Notes under the pieces: model-generated
Told to the model about the DNA's origin: nothing
Seen by the model: only the letters and a program-made list of their open reading frames with translations
The model's database searches: none
Shown here: one piece after another, positions 47,706 to 59,758 of the stretch
How positions within the stretch are numbered: position 1 is the first letter of the stretch
Layout of the letters: each line of letters begins with the position of its first letter
Source of the DNA: Vitrella brassicaformis CCMP3155
Lineage: Eukaryota > Protista > Chromerida
Length of the DNA: 64,000 nucleotides
Assembly: GCA_001179505.1 (NCBI GenBank)
Contig: CDMY01000338.1
Coordinates: forward strand, 1-64,000
Direction of reading: 5' to 3'
Made by a program: the position numbers and the translations under genes

Positions 47706-49254
47706 TTAGCTGATGCCACCACCAGAGTAGCCGCCACCACCGCCATAATAGCCGCCTCCAGAGTAGCTGGAGCCGTAGCTGCTGTAGCTTCTGTAGGTGC
47801 GTTTGCTGGTGGTGGTGGATCGGCGCGTCTTGGTCTTCGGTTCCTTTGGCCCGGCTGTGTCGTCGTCGGGCGGCTTCGGGCGGTTGTTGAATTGGTACTT
47901 GGCCCAGCTGCATGGCATGCAGCGGTATAATCAGACAGACATGCAGCCAGAATGAATCTGTGTAGCAATCGGTTCTCTGTTGGCGCTCGGTTGGTCTTAC
48001 AGGATGGCAAGGAAGACCACGACGGAAATGAGAAAGACCGTCACTATGTCGTCGTTGATCGGATGGGAGACGGTGATCGTAGTTGATGGCGAGGAGGGGT
48101 CCTGCAGCTTGGCCTCCAGCAAGGTGAGGCCCTTGCGTATGGCGCCGGTGTAGTCCTCCCGTCTCAGCTCAGGCCTGCGTCCATCCGTCCATCCATCAAG
48201 AGACCCAATGAATCACTATTCAATCGTCTGTCTCCTCTGTGTGCCTCTCGCTGACTTCATGTCATCGATGATCTTGCTTAGGTCCTCGTTGCTGACCCGC
48301 ACCGCCGCCTGGTTTGCCGTCCGGATGTGCACCACCTTGTCATCTCGACTCAGGAAGAACACCAGCCCGTTGTCGCATCCCTTGTCGCCCACGCCCCACT
48401 GATTGCCAATCGCAGTGGCGTACTTGGCCGCAAGAACATATTTGTCGTCGCTCTCGCCCAGCAGCATCTTTCGGACCAGTGCCACTCCGACTTGGAAGCC
48501 TTTCTCTTTCCCATCAGGGCAGGCCACTTTGCAGTTGTCGCGGATGTCGTTGAGAATCCTCTGGATCCCCTCTCGGTCATAGACACTCGGCAGGATTCCG
48601 TCGGGGTCACATATCCACGCCTGGTTGCGCAGGCCGCACAGCTGCAGGTCATATTGGGGATTGGGGAACGGGCCGGAGGGAAGGGCTGCAACGGACAGTC
48701 ACACACATGACATGTATGTGTCTTGTCTTTGATGTGCGTGCGGTTGTGCGGTCGCTTCCTCACTGAAAGCTCGAAAGCCCTTTCCAAAGATGCCGGAGAG
48801 GGAGAACTTCTCGCCCTGCCCGCCGTCGGGCACTGTGATGGTGCTCTCGTCATCCTGAACACACACAAAACAGTGGACAAATATCGACACATGGCTCTCC
48901 CTCCCTCCCTCCCTCCCTCCCTGTGTGTGCCTGTCTTCTCACCGCGGCAATCTCTGCAGCCTCAGCAGACGAGACAAACCTTTTGCCAATGCGCTTGCCG
49001 CCACTCTTGACCAGCCGGGCCGGCTTCACGATGGCTGGCGGCGTGAGCTTGGAGGGATCAAGTGTCGTCAGCGAAGGGTGTGTGAGGACGCCGGGCACTC
49101 GAAAGGCAGACAGGGAGGAGGTGCCTGCGAACGAGCGCTTGGCGGTGGGTGTCGTTGGGGGAGAGATTGGCGAGACGAAGGCGCCAGGCTGGACGGCATC
49201 TATGCCTGCCGTGGCCAGCAGCACCGTTGTGAAGGCGTAGAGCACGGCCGCCAT
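47706..49254 (-). CDS. TPM-domain (TLP18.3/Psb32/MOLO-1) protein with a signal/transit leader, TM helix and Gly-rich tail (tail continues in frame to 47646 beyond a TAA)
   Basis: CGLRNQAWICDPDGIL, FQVGVALVRKM, AIGNQWGVGDKGCDNGLVFFLSRDDKVVHIRT, IIDDMK|PELRREDYTGAIRKGL, TM segment IVTVFLISVVVFLAIL. Confidence 0.85.
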
Positions 49255-49641
49255 CCTTGTTGATGTACTCTCCCTTTCAGCAGTCGACGCCAGTCAAGAC
49301 AGGACGGCGTCGACAAAACAGGATGGATGACTGCGGCTGGAATGCAGGTCACTCACAGGCCTGATGAACGCCGATGCATGTGCACAGATGCCATACCGAC
49401 AAACTCCATGAAGGGCGCTCCCTGTGCTCTTAGCTCGCAGATCTCCGACCGCTGCTGCGAGCTAGGCGCGCCGGCCCGTGAGCGGCTGTGATTTGCGCCA
49501 TTACGGTCTGCCGTGGCGTCGAGAGGGCCGTCCTGCTGTGAAATCCAACTGAGATCTGAGCAGTGCAGCTGCAGCAGTGACGTCACCTCTCGTCAGCAGG
49601 CAGCCGGCCCATCCACGTGTGTGCTGAGAGCGACACAAAAA

Positions 49642-51201
49642 ATGGCGCGGCTTCAGCTGAGCAGCTACGCATTGCACAGCAGCGGGGACCGTCACCGATT
49701 TCTCGACGAGATATGGCCGTTTCTCATCCGCAACGAGGCCTATCACACGCATACCATCTCAGTTCTGCAAGCAGCCGGGTGTCTTCCTCAGTCGCCTTTC
49801 TCGTCAGTGCCACTCCCATGCTTCGACAAAGACCCCTTTCGCCCACCCATCTCTTCATACGCCTTCGCCGACAGTGCCGCTGCATCCGGCGATGATTATG
49901 TAGAGGTGCTCTGCTACGCACTGGCAGCGGCAGCAGATGACCCCGCACAGCCAGCCTGGACGGCCGTGCGCTGCGTGGCTGTGGTCGCCGTGCCCCGCGA
50001 TGAGTCAACGGGAGAGGCCAAGGTCGCATTCACGCCGCTCTATGCGAGCGCATCATCCCACGGAGATGCGGCGACCTTCACGCAGGCCGACCTGGATCAA
50101 CCGGCGGTGGACTCAACTATTCAGCCTCTCATGGCCGCGGTGCAGGCGGTGATCAACGCTCATGCGTTTGAGAAGATCCGCATCAACGGCCCGGCGCCCA
50201 TTGTGTCGGGCATCCACACGGGGTGTGAGGCGGCTGTGGGTGAGAAGGAGGGGTGGCTGGGTGGCCTGTACGACAACACGGCGTGGATCAAGGACGGTGC
50301 CTTCAATGCATATGCGCTCGACCTGACCGACCTGCGCCGCACCCTCAGCGACCCTGATCTGTGGACAAATGCGGTCGTCTCGCCCTCGCCGCTGCTTGGC
50401 GTCAACTTCACAGCCGCCGACCCGACGGTCCACCCGTCCCTCAAGGCCATGCAGCAGAAGGAGCCCATCGTCATCTACCAGTGGGATGGCAGTGACGGGT
50501 GTGTCACTCCCGAGACATCCACTGGCTCGCTGCCGTCGGTCAACAGCAACAGCGACAGCAGCGGCGACAGCAGTGGCCAGGACGACCCTTTCCAGCCCCC
50601 ATTGCCCCCGTACCAGTTGGTCTTCCCGTCCCTCTCTCCGGAGTCGGTCGACCGCCACGTCAAGTGGGAGGAGCACTACATGAAGCATTGGGTGCAGAGC
50701 TACCCGTTTCTGGCCAAGTATGCCGTGGCCGACGTGCTTCGTCAGCGCATCACGGAGTCCTTGTCGAGCGGATCGATTCTCGTGCTGCAGCGAGGCGACG
50801 AGCAGCCGCTGTGTCGGTCCTTCTTCCGGATGTCTGAGGGTGGCGTGGCGGAGGTGGGGGGCATCATGACCTGGCCGCAGTACCAGGGGAAGGGCTATGC
50901 CAAGGTCATCACTGCCGCACGTAAGCAGCCTGACACACAGGGGAGGAAGGCATGTCCTTTACTGTGTTGTTTGTGTGTGTGGCTGATTGACTGGTCTTCA
51001 GAAAGTCTCTTGGCTTTCAGTCGCGGGTTTCGTGTGTGTCGCCTCATGACAGAGGCCAGCAACGGTGCCAGCAACCACATCTACAGTGGCCTCGGCTACC
51101 GGTGCATAGGCAGACCCACCCATCTCGAGCTGTCGAGAAAGGGCACCCACGAGAACAGTGCAGAGGCGGATGCAGCTTGCGCCTCCAAGCTGTGCAGGTG
51201 A
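49642..51201 (+). CDS. GNAT-family acetyltransferase (C-terminal FR47-like domain)
   Basis: AEVGGIMTWPQYQGKGYAKVITA (acetyl-CoA-binding motif A) and CRLMTEASNGASNHIYSGLGYRCIG. One long first exon and one intron beginning gtaagc near 50920. Confidence 0.8.
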   Translation: MARLQLSSYALHSSGDRHRFLDEIWPFLIRNEAYHTHTISVLQAAGCLPQSPFSSVPLPCFDKDPFRPPISSYAFADSAAASGDDYVEVLCYALAAAADDPAQPAWTAVRCVAVVAVPRDESTGEAKVAFTPLYASASSHGDAATFTQADLDQPAVDSTIQPLMAAVQAVINAHAFEKIRINGPAPIVSGIHTGCEAAVGEKEGWLGGLYDNTAWIKDGAFNAYALDLTDLRRTLSDPDLWTNAVVSPSPLLGVNFTAADPTVHPSLKAMQQKEPIVIYQWDGSDGCVTPETSTGSLPSVNSNSDSSGDSSGQDDPFQPPLPPYQLVFPSLSPESVDRHVKWEEHYMKHWVQSYPFLAKYAVADVLRQRITESLSSGSILVLQRGDEQPLCRSFFRMSEGGVAEVGGIMTWPQYQGKGYAKVITAARKQPDTQGRKACPLLCCLCVWLIDWSSESLLAFSRGFRVCRLMTEASNGASNHIYSGLGYRCIGRPTHLELSRKGTHENSAEADAACASKLCR

Positions 51202-51539
51202 TCATGAGACAGCCGTCGATCCGTGGATGGTGGTGGGGTGGTGGAAGTGGTGTTTTGTAGTCGTATTGGTTGTGGCGCGCCTTTAGAGCGCCTTTCAATT
51301 TTCGTGGCGGGGTGTTTTATTGTCCTTCCGGCTTGCCTCTGACTGGCGTTTTGGACTGGTTGACGATTTTCGCGGACACCCGGCACCCTCTGTGTGTGAG
51401 GGCTGCATGTTTGTCGGATCGGATAAGACGTGACTATACGCTACACAAGCGTTGATTCTGATCCAGCAGTCGCGTCTCTCTCTTACACGCACGCAGGTGT
51501 GTCTTTGTCTCCGCTGCACATGTCGCACCCACACCGTAG

Positions 51540-52660
51540 GAAAGAGACTAAGTAGCTCGTCCGTCTCTAAGTGCCGTGGATCATGTGCACACTGAGCCAG
51601 CCAAAAGAGAGCACCAACAGGCGATCGACGGTCACACAATGTGTCCTTATGTTGGTCAGCACACACACACACACACACATACGCGCTCGACTCGTACGAA
51701 CGAATCAACACAAACACCACCACGCGCCAGACACATGTCTCAGCCCGACAAAGAAAATCCACCCGACACACGCTGCCTGCAGCACGGAAGGCACACCACG
51801 ACCGGCGATCGAAGTCCTCTTCCTGTACACACGCCCCTCTCCCCTCCCCCCCACCCCGACCTATGCGTGACGGAAGAGACGCGGGACCATCGAGCAAAGC
51901 AGAAAAGAGCCATGAAGTCACAGGTGGAGGCCTGCCTGTCTGCCTGTGGGTGTGGTGTGGTGTAGTGCGGTGTGCAAAGACGCGAGAGCGATAGACACAC
52001 AGACAGCGCATCCTCGGTTCGGGCAAAAACTCTCATCAGCCGTAGCCAACACCGATTCACCGACACACACACACACACACACAGACTTAGACAGGGAGAG
52101 AAGAGGGGAAAGGCACACGCACGCAACGAAGGCCAGCCAACAACAGCGTTCGCCTTGCCCTCAATCGCATTCGCGATGAGATGATTGCTGGTCGGCCACC
52201 CCATCCCGCTCGCCATCTAGGCATCCCCCTACCGACAAAAATGCGTGTAACCGAACGAACAGGGGGTGTCGCACCTCGCTGCCTGTCTGGTGTTCTCATC
52301 GACCGCTTCTCCTGTCTCATCTGTGTCCCGCCTGTGCCTGTCGCTCACCGCCCCGCACTCGGCCATGGTCACGAAGCATACTGCAGCCACTTGCCGTGGT
52401 GCAATGTGCTCCGTGACAAGGCCAAGGGCGAAGCAGAGAGGGGGCTGGTGCGGGGCATGAGACAGCGAAACATGACCACAAAATGGAGGGGATTGAGAGA
52501 GATGAACGTCGCAGTTATGACAACAACGTGTATGGACTTGTTGTGTGTCGGCTGGTGGTACGTGTCTGCTGTCCTGTGTGCAGCCGGCCGGCCCTCCTTG
52601 AACCTGCTCGAGATGTGAGTGTCTGAACACATCTTCCGCAGATCCAAGCAGACACACTCA
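51540..52660 (-). CDS. Possible multi-exon hypothetical gene; frame and ends unresolved
   Basis: Microsatellite-free blocks flanked by minus-strand splice-like sites (e.g. GALFWLAQCAHDPRHLETDELLSLFP). No family recognised. Confidence 0.25.
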
Positions 52661-53151
52661 CTCAGAACATCAGGCACAACCACGCCCACTCACCAAAAGA
52701 AGCCACACAGCATAAATCCCTCGTTAGGAAACACAAGCCATTCATGGATGGATGGCTTTTCTGTCCGCTAGCTATGCCTTTCGTCTCGTGTCGTTTCGCT
52801 CATCTATCTGCCCCTCTGTCTGTCTGTCTTTCGTTCTTTCTACGGTCACCGTACGCACAGCAGACTATGTGTGTGCGGTGCGCATGTACGTGTGAGGGTA
52901 AAAACCCGCCCGCCCCTCTCATGGCATGGCGGCCAGCCAGCCCAGCCAGCCAGTGAGTCAAAATCGCCATCCATCCCACCCCGCCCCACCCCACCTCTCT
53001 CTCTCCCTTGGCCATCCTCTGGTGCGGTGCAGCCGAAGAAAAATAGCGGGCGGGCACCATGACATCACAAACACGCACATCCAGACGTACACATTGTTGT
53101 CATTCGTCACATCACGCCACACCCCACACCCCGGGGGAGACACACCAAGTC

Positions 53152-54597
53152 TCATACGTCCCCGTGCGTCTTGCCCCTGCACTCCTCTCCCTCCCCCTCC
53201 CTCTCCCTCTCTGCAGCTACTACAGGCAATGCCCTCGACGCTTCCTCCTTCGCACTGCACTCGGTGATTGCCGGTGGAGACAAAGACGGTGACGATGGCG
53301 AGGATGGTGGCGATGACGCCGCTCTGTCCTTCTCCCCTTGCTTGTCAGCCGCAGGAGTGTCGGTGACGGCTCCCGCCGTCTGCAGCACCGTGATGGTGCT
53401 GACGTCCTTGTCCTCCCTCGCACCCACGGCTGCGGTGATGGGCCTGCCAGCCGGTGTCTCGATCTGGATGGACTCGACGCGCGGCAGATGCAGAGAGGGG
53501 GTGGGAGGGGGAGAAGAGGGAGAGGGAGAGGGGGATGAGGGCGGTGTGTCTGAGGAGGTGGTGGCGGTGGTGGTTGTCTCGGCCTTGTTAGTGTCCTCTT
53601 GCTCGAGCTTGTTCATTGGCGAGAGGCACGACAGCAGGATGGACCAGCAGAAGCTCACACTCGCCGCGAAGGCAATCCGAAACTGTCAGCAAGGCAAGAC
53701 CCACACACAAACAAACAGAGAGGGATGTCTGGCTGTCAGAGGTGGCCAGGCAGGCGCAGGTGAGTGAGTGCCTGCCAGACCAGACCAGACCAGACCTGCA
53801 TGGGCATGAGTGGTCCGAAGTTGATGAAGTTGGCGGGGATCCATATCATGGCGTAGCGCGGAATCACACCCCCAATCTCATCACAGTACATTTGCACGCC
53901 CTAACAAGCCGCACACGCACTCGCAGATGCACGTGCAGAGAGTGTCCTTTCGTTCGTGCTCGCTCGTGTCGGCTGTTCTGTTGAATGGTTGGTGTGTTGT
54001 TGTGTTGTGTTGTGTTGTGTTGCGTAGCGTAGCGTACGTCTGTGACAGATTTGCCATTGAGGACGGCCTTGAAGAGGTAGTAGTTGGGCATGTACAGCAA
54101 AGGAATGTACACAAAACACTCTGACATGACAACACAACACAACACACACACAGAGGTGGCCAGCACTCACGTGAGGTTGAGTCTGTCTGTCTGGCTGTCT
54201 GTCAGTGTGGTGTCACCCCTTCTCGACTCGACTCACCGGTGAGTGTCTTCTTGAGTGCGTTGACCAGAGTGGTCGACGTGCCGTACATACGCGTGAACAC
54301 CACATTGTACGCCCTGCACTCACACACACACACACACACATGCCCTCCCTCCCTCTGAGTGATCCCTCCCTCCAGGCAGGCATCCTTCCTGACTGACCAG
54401 TGCTGTATAGCGCCCGTCTGCACGGCTCCCCACAGAGTGAACTTGAGGTTCCTGCCGACGTCGAATTTGTCGTTTTTCTCGACGACCATCTGCGCGAGGC
54501 AGTCGCTGGCCGAGGCCTTGATGGCGCAGGTGCAGAAGGCCATCACGTACGGGTGCTTGTCGTAGTTCCGCTTGTACCAGCCGAAAAAGCCCCTCAT
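53152..54597 (-). CDS. Mpv17/PMP22 family membrane protein with a long Ser/Pro/Thr/Glu-rich C-terminal tail
   Basis: WYKRNYDKHPYVMAFCTCAIKASASDCLAQ, RNLKFTLWGA..GAIQHW, FVYIPLLYMPNYY, MIWIPANFINF..VSFCWSILLS. Confidence 0.88.
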
Positions 54598-56354
54598 CGT
54601 ATCGTGGGTGGCGGGAGGGGGGTGGGAGGGAGGGGGGGAGGGGCAGACAGACGTGCAAGCGGGCCGATCGGCCTGTTCGGCTGCCCTTAGATGCTCACTC
54701 GACTGCAGTGATTGCTTTGCCTGCGCCGAAGGCAGTGATTGGGGAGGGAAGGATGTCGCGAAGCGTCGAGAACCGGCTCGCAACAAGTGTTTTTTCGCAC
54801 CCTAACTCGTCGGGCGACGGTTCTTTCAAATCAACGCGTATGTGCGTGTGTGTGTGGACAAATGCATGATGAGTGCATGGCAGTGTCTGCGGCCTCTGCA
54901 GCCAATGGATACAGTGACCAACCCGACGCATGTCTCTCGTTAACACACGGTTGCTGATGTGACTGACGCACACATGGCATGATACTGTCTGTCTGTCTAC
55001 CCTGTTCGTTCTACACGCACCCATCCCCCCACCCCAACAGGCACAACAAGCACACACGCACGATGATGGATGGCCGGGCCCATAAAGGACTTTGCAAATC
55101 ACATCTAGTAAAACACCCGCACGCACATGTGCAACGTCACGCGCTCGGCAGGCAGGCAGGCAGGCAGGCAGGCAAATCAATCAATCCCCCCCGCCCATCG
55201 ACACACACACACACACACACACCACACACACACACAGACACACATACAACGCACAGATGAAGCAGTCCCACCAGGTGAGCCGGCCGGCCGATCGGCCTGT
55301 GTGAGTCGGCACACACGCATCCGGCCGGCCGGCCGGCAGGCACGCCGCAGCCAAGAAATGATAAGCACACTGTCTGTCTTACGCACCTACCTACGCGTGC
55401 GTACCAACGATTGGTAATACGAAAAAATGAATGGCTGGCTGGCTGGCTGGCTGTACAAGAAGAGATTCGTGGAGGATGGCTGGCTTGGCTGGATGGATAA
55501 GTGGATGGATAAGTGGATTGGATGGGTGTGGTTTGGTGAGTGTATTGTGTGTGTGAGAGTCTGTGGCCTCGCGTCGCGTGTGACTCGACTGTTTGGGAAA
55601 ATTGACACGCGTGAGATGGCGTACGAACGTCCACCCATCCGCTTTGGGAGAGATAGTGCTGCTGAGCTGAGCTGACATCATCTACGTCTGGCTGGCTGGC
55701 TGGCTGGCTGCATGGCTGCATGGCTGGCTGCACGCACACGATGGACGGATGGACGGATGGATGGATGGATGGTACAACAAGACAGACGGAAAAACAGCCG
55801 TGACGAGCAACAGCCTGCCTGCGATTGGTAACTACGTAAGAAGGGCACCGCCCCGCCCCGCCCCGCCCACATGCAATTTACTTGCGATAGATCGCTACGA
55901 TTACTGCATCCACTCACTGTACAGAAGGGCAAATAACACACCAACCAACCAACCAAAAGCAAGACACACCGAACGAACATCCACCCCACCTGTACACTAA
56001 GTACAACACCCAACACACAACACACAACGAAGCCAATGCATGCACTATAATGTACAAAAAGACCAAAACACACCGAACGAACGAACGAACGAACCGACCA
56101 GCCCAACCTAACCCAGCGGGCGACACCCACCCAACCACGCACGCAAACCGTAAACAAAACCCAACTGGCTGACAACACACACAAACCGAAAAACCGACCC
56201 TCACCCCAACCGACCCTCAACCGACCATCCGCCACACCAACAGGCAAGCTAACCTCTCTTTCTATACACTCACTTCCACGTGGACCCACACACAACCCAA
56301 CCCAACCCAACCCGCCGAATGAATGCATTGGGTCTGTCTGTCTGTCTACTTTCT

Positions 56355-56831
56355 TTACTTGCCCTTGAGGTGCCGAACGCGTGACGTTTTCTTGGCCTGC
56401 ACGCACTGGCCCGTCTTGTCGTCGTACACAAAGTGCTTGGGGCAGCTGCGCTTGGGTTTGGCCGTGTCGACCCGCTGACACCTCGCGCCCTTCTCGTCGC
56501 CCTCCACCGGAGAGTAGTTCTTGGGGCAGTAGGTCTCTTTCGCCTCATACGCCTTGCCCTCACACATACTGCAGACAGACAGACACACAAAGAAGAGACA
56601 GCCACGCGGGCATTGGAGTGAGTGACTGAGTGAGGGTGTGTTCGTGTGTTCGTGGGCGGGGAGCGAGGGAGGGAGAGGGTGCGGTACCTACCCAGTGTTT
56701 CGGTTGTATGTCGTGTCGTCCGAGCATTGCCGTGCAGGCCCCTGGTAGACGTCGGTGACGCACTCGCCGTTGATGAGGTAATACTTGGGCGGACAGTATC
56801 GCGTGGGCGGCACCTGCTGCGTCTGATGAAC

Positions 56832-56862
<31 letters not shown>

Positions 56863-58798
56863 AAAGCGACACACACCGAGGTAAATGGTGTTTGTGCTTG
56901 CATGCTACGCGTGTGAATGTCCGTGAGTTAGTTACCTTTTCGCACATGTTGTCTTTGTACTCGTAGGACTTGGGGCACAGCAGCTTCGGCTGCCCTTGGA
57001 GCTCCTGCACACACCGGTCCTTCTCGAGGTCATACTCTGCACCAACACACCACACCAACAACACTTGAGGGGACTGGACTGCCGAAAAGGCCAACGGCCG
57101 ATCTCACTCACTCACCAGGTGGGCAGTCGTAGTCGGGCCTGGCCTCGACGTACTTAATGCACACAGTACCGTCTTCGCTGAGAATGGTGCCCTTGGGACA
57201 CCTGGGCTCCTCGTTGGCCTCTCTCACCCTCTCGCACACACCATTTCGCAGCGTGTACCTGACCAAACAGAGTGAACACAACACAACACATTACGGAAGG
57301 AACAACAGACACTGATAGATGCAGCAGAGATTGGGGCAGTACGCCCCTCCCTCCCTCTCTCTCTCTCTCTCTCTCTCTTCATGTGTGTGTCGCATACCCT
57401 TCAGGGCATTTCTGCGTGACGTTTGCCGTCCTCATTCGCACGCACGTGTTGTTGACCACCTCGTAGTCGGGCGGGCAAGTGAACTGAGGCAAGACCTCTT
57501 CCTCTTTCTCACACGGGGGAGGGCTGCCGTCCTGCAATCCACAACACACACACATACACCACACAGCACACACACATTTTCGAGCCCGTCTGTTTGCTGA
57601 CGCACTCACTGACGCACTCACCGAGCAGACAGTCTCTGGCGGTTCGGTCATGATTTGGCAGACCGACTTCTCGCAGTTGCCTGTCTGATTGTTGTAGGTG
57701 TACGCTGCGGGGCACTTGATGACCTCGTCCAGGATCTCCTCCTTCTTGCACACCCCGTCGACCAGCTCCCCGTCGTCGCACGAGGCCGTGGCCACCAGCT
57801 GGTCCTCCTGCACACACTCGTCGTTCCTGCAGGAATGAAACAATGAAACGAACCAGCCAAAACACACACACACACACACACATAGGAGAGATCTATCGGT
57901 CACATGCCGTCCTGTCTGTCCTTGCAACGTACGCGGTGTATTCATAGCCCTCGGGACACTCCTTCTCAGTGTCGGTCTGCTCCAGTGCCACACAAGTGCC
58001 GTTCCGCCGCTCATAGCCGTCGGGACAGACCCCCTCAGCAGGGCCCGCCACCTGCTTGACGCATACCCCATCGGCGTGGTCGCCCTTCTTGTGATGCTTC
58101 GGAGCCGCCACCACGTGCTTCTTGTGGTGCGTCTTCGGCGGCGTCACCTCTTTCTTGTGATGCTTCTCGGGCGCGGGAGCCGTCTTCTTGTGGTGCTTCG
58201 GGGGCGGGCTCTTCTTGGGCGGGGGCTCTTTCTTGGCTTGCAGCTGGCGAGTGTGCTTCTTGTGTCGGTGGGGCTGGAAGTCGTAACCGTCGGGGCATGA
58301 CGGCGTGGGGTCCTCATACTTCTTGCGCACACACACACCTGGCACGCGACACACAGAAGAATCAATTGATGGGAGCATGCTTGCAGACCAGACCGGGGCA
58401 TGGCATGGTGACCGACCGTTTCTGTAGGTGCCTTCGTCGCACTCCTCCTTCGGATGCAGCTGCATCACCCTGATGCAGGTCATCTCACCGGGCTTCTTCT
58501 CGTACCCCTTCGGGCACCTCATCTGTACAAGGAATGCACCAAACCCATGCATGGATGTGTGTGGTTCTTGCCTGCCTCAGGGGAGGGGTGTCTAGTCTAC
58601 CTGGGGGTCCGCCCTCTTGGTGGTGACGCACTTGCCGTCGAACTTCTCGGTGCCGTCGGGGCAGTCGACGTCGGGCGGGTGCGATATCACCTTCACACAC
58701 TGACGCTTGTTGCTGCTGTCCGGTTTGTAGCCTGTGTATGACACACACACACACAGACAGAGGCACAGAAAGGGATCTGCAGATGTGGCCCAATCTGA

Positions 58799-58832
<34 letters not shown>

Positions 58833-58955
58833 ATGTGTGTGTGTGTGTGTCGCGTACCACTTGGACATCGCACCTCTGCAGGAGCGTACTCAACCTGCGT
58901 GTGTCCATGGAGCAATCACACACACGAACGCCCCCCACCAATCCGATCATCAACC

Positions 58956-58988
<33 letters not shown>

Positions 58989-59146
58989 CGTGGCCCCATG
59001 CCCATGCGCACCTTTTCGCATTGCTTGCCAATCATCTCATAGCCCTTGGGACACTCATGCGTCGGCGCTGCTACTGTCGACCCTGCATGACATGACAGGA
59101 TGAAAACCATCACAACACTGAGGCAGGCCCTCATGCATCCCTTCAT
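56355..59146 (-). CDS. Oocyst-wall-protein-like (COWP/TgOWP-type) secreted Cys-repeat protein
   Basis: Signal peptide MKGCMRACLSVVMVFILSCHAGSTVAAP, then many CP(K/D/E/P)GY/T...C repeats (ECPKGYEMIGKQCEK, CPDGTEKFDGKCV, CPDGYERRNGTCV, CPPDYEVVNNTCV, CPKSYEYKDNMCEK, CPKHFVYDDKTGQCV) over about 12 exons. Confidence 0.85.
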
Positions 59147-59758
59147 CTCATCTTCTCGCGCACCTTTCTTGGTGCCCTGGGCCGCACCCCTGAAGCTCAT
59201 CAGCGCCCACAGGAAGAATAAAAGACGGAGGTGGAACGGTAAAGCGAACGACGACGATGTCGATGAGGGCCTCATCGGACAGACGAGAGAGACAGATCAG
59301 TCACACACACAGATAGATAAAAACGACAGAAAGAATCAACTGCCTCAAGGCTGTGGCTTGGGTGTGGTGTATGCGATAGATGTGGGAGGTGCGATGCGAT
59401 ATCTGGTGCCAGGTGCGTGCGATGGTACGATAGGTACGAAACCTAAATGGTCTGGGCTCCCTCCTCCCCTCTGTTGGTTGCCGTGAGATCTCTCGCAAAG
59501 CAGTGGATCGCCGATCCACTGACTGAAAAGACGGGGTGTGTCTCTGCTGTTCTGGCCTTATTCGACGCGTGACTGTGCTGTCACCATCCCCAGAGTCCAC
59601 TGCTATCCATAGCGGCTCGAAACTCGCCGAGACTCGGGACCGCCCAATCACCCCCACCCCGACAGAACTGCTGAAGAGTGACACAGGGTGTGATTGCACT
59701 GTTGCAGCACGCACTGGGTCCCCCTGCACACCGCCCACTCAGTGCATCTCCATCCTTT

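Noticed and set aside
54655-55340. GGCCGATCGGCC palindromes (about 54662 and 55286) and (CCGG)n runs as MITE ends
   Set aside because: No paired terminal inverted repeats with a target-site duplication; consistent with simple-sequence DNA.
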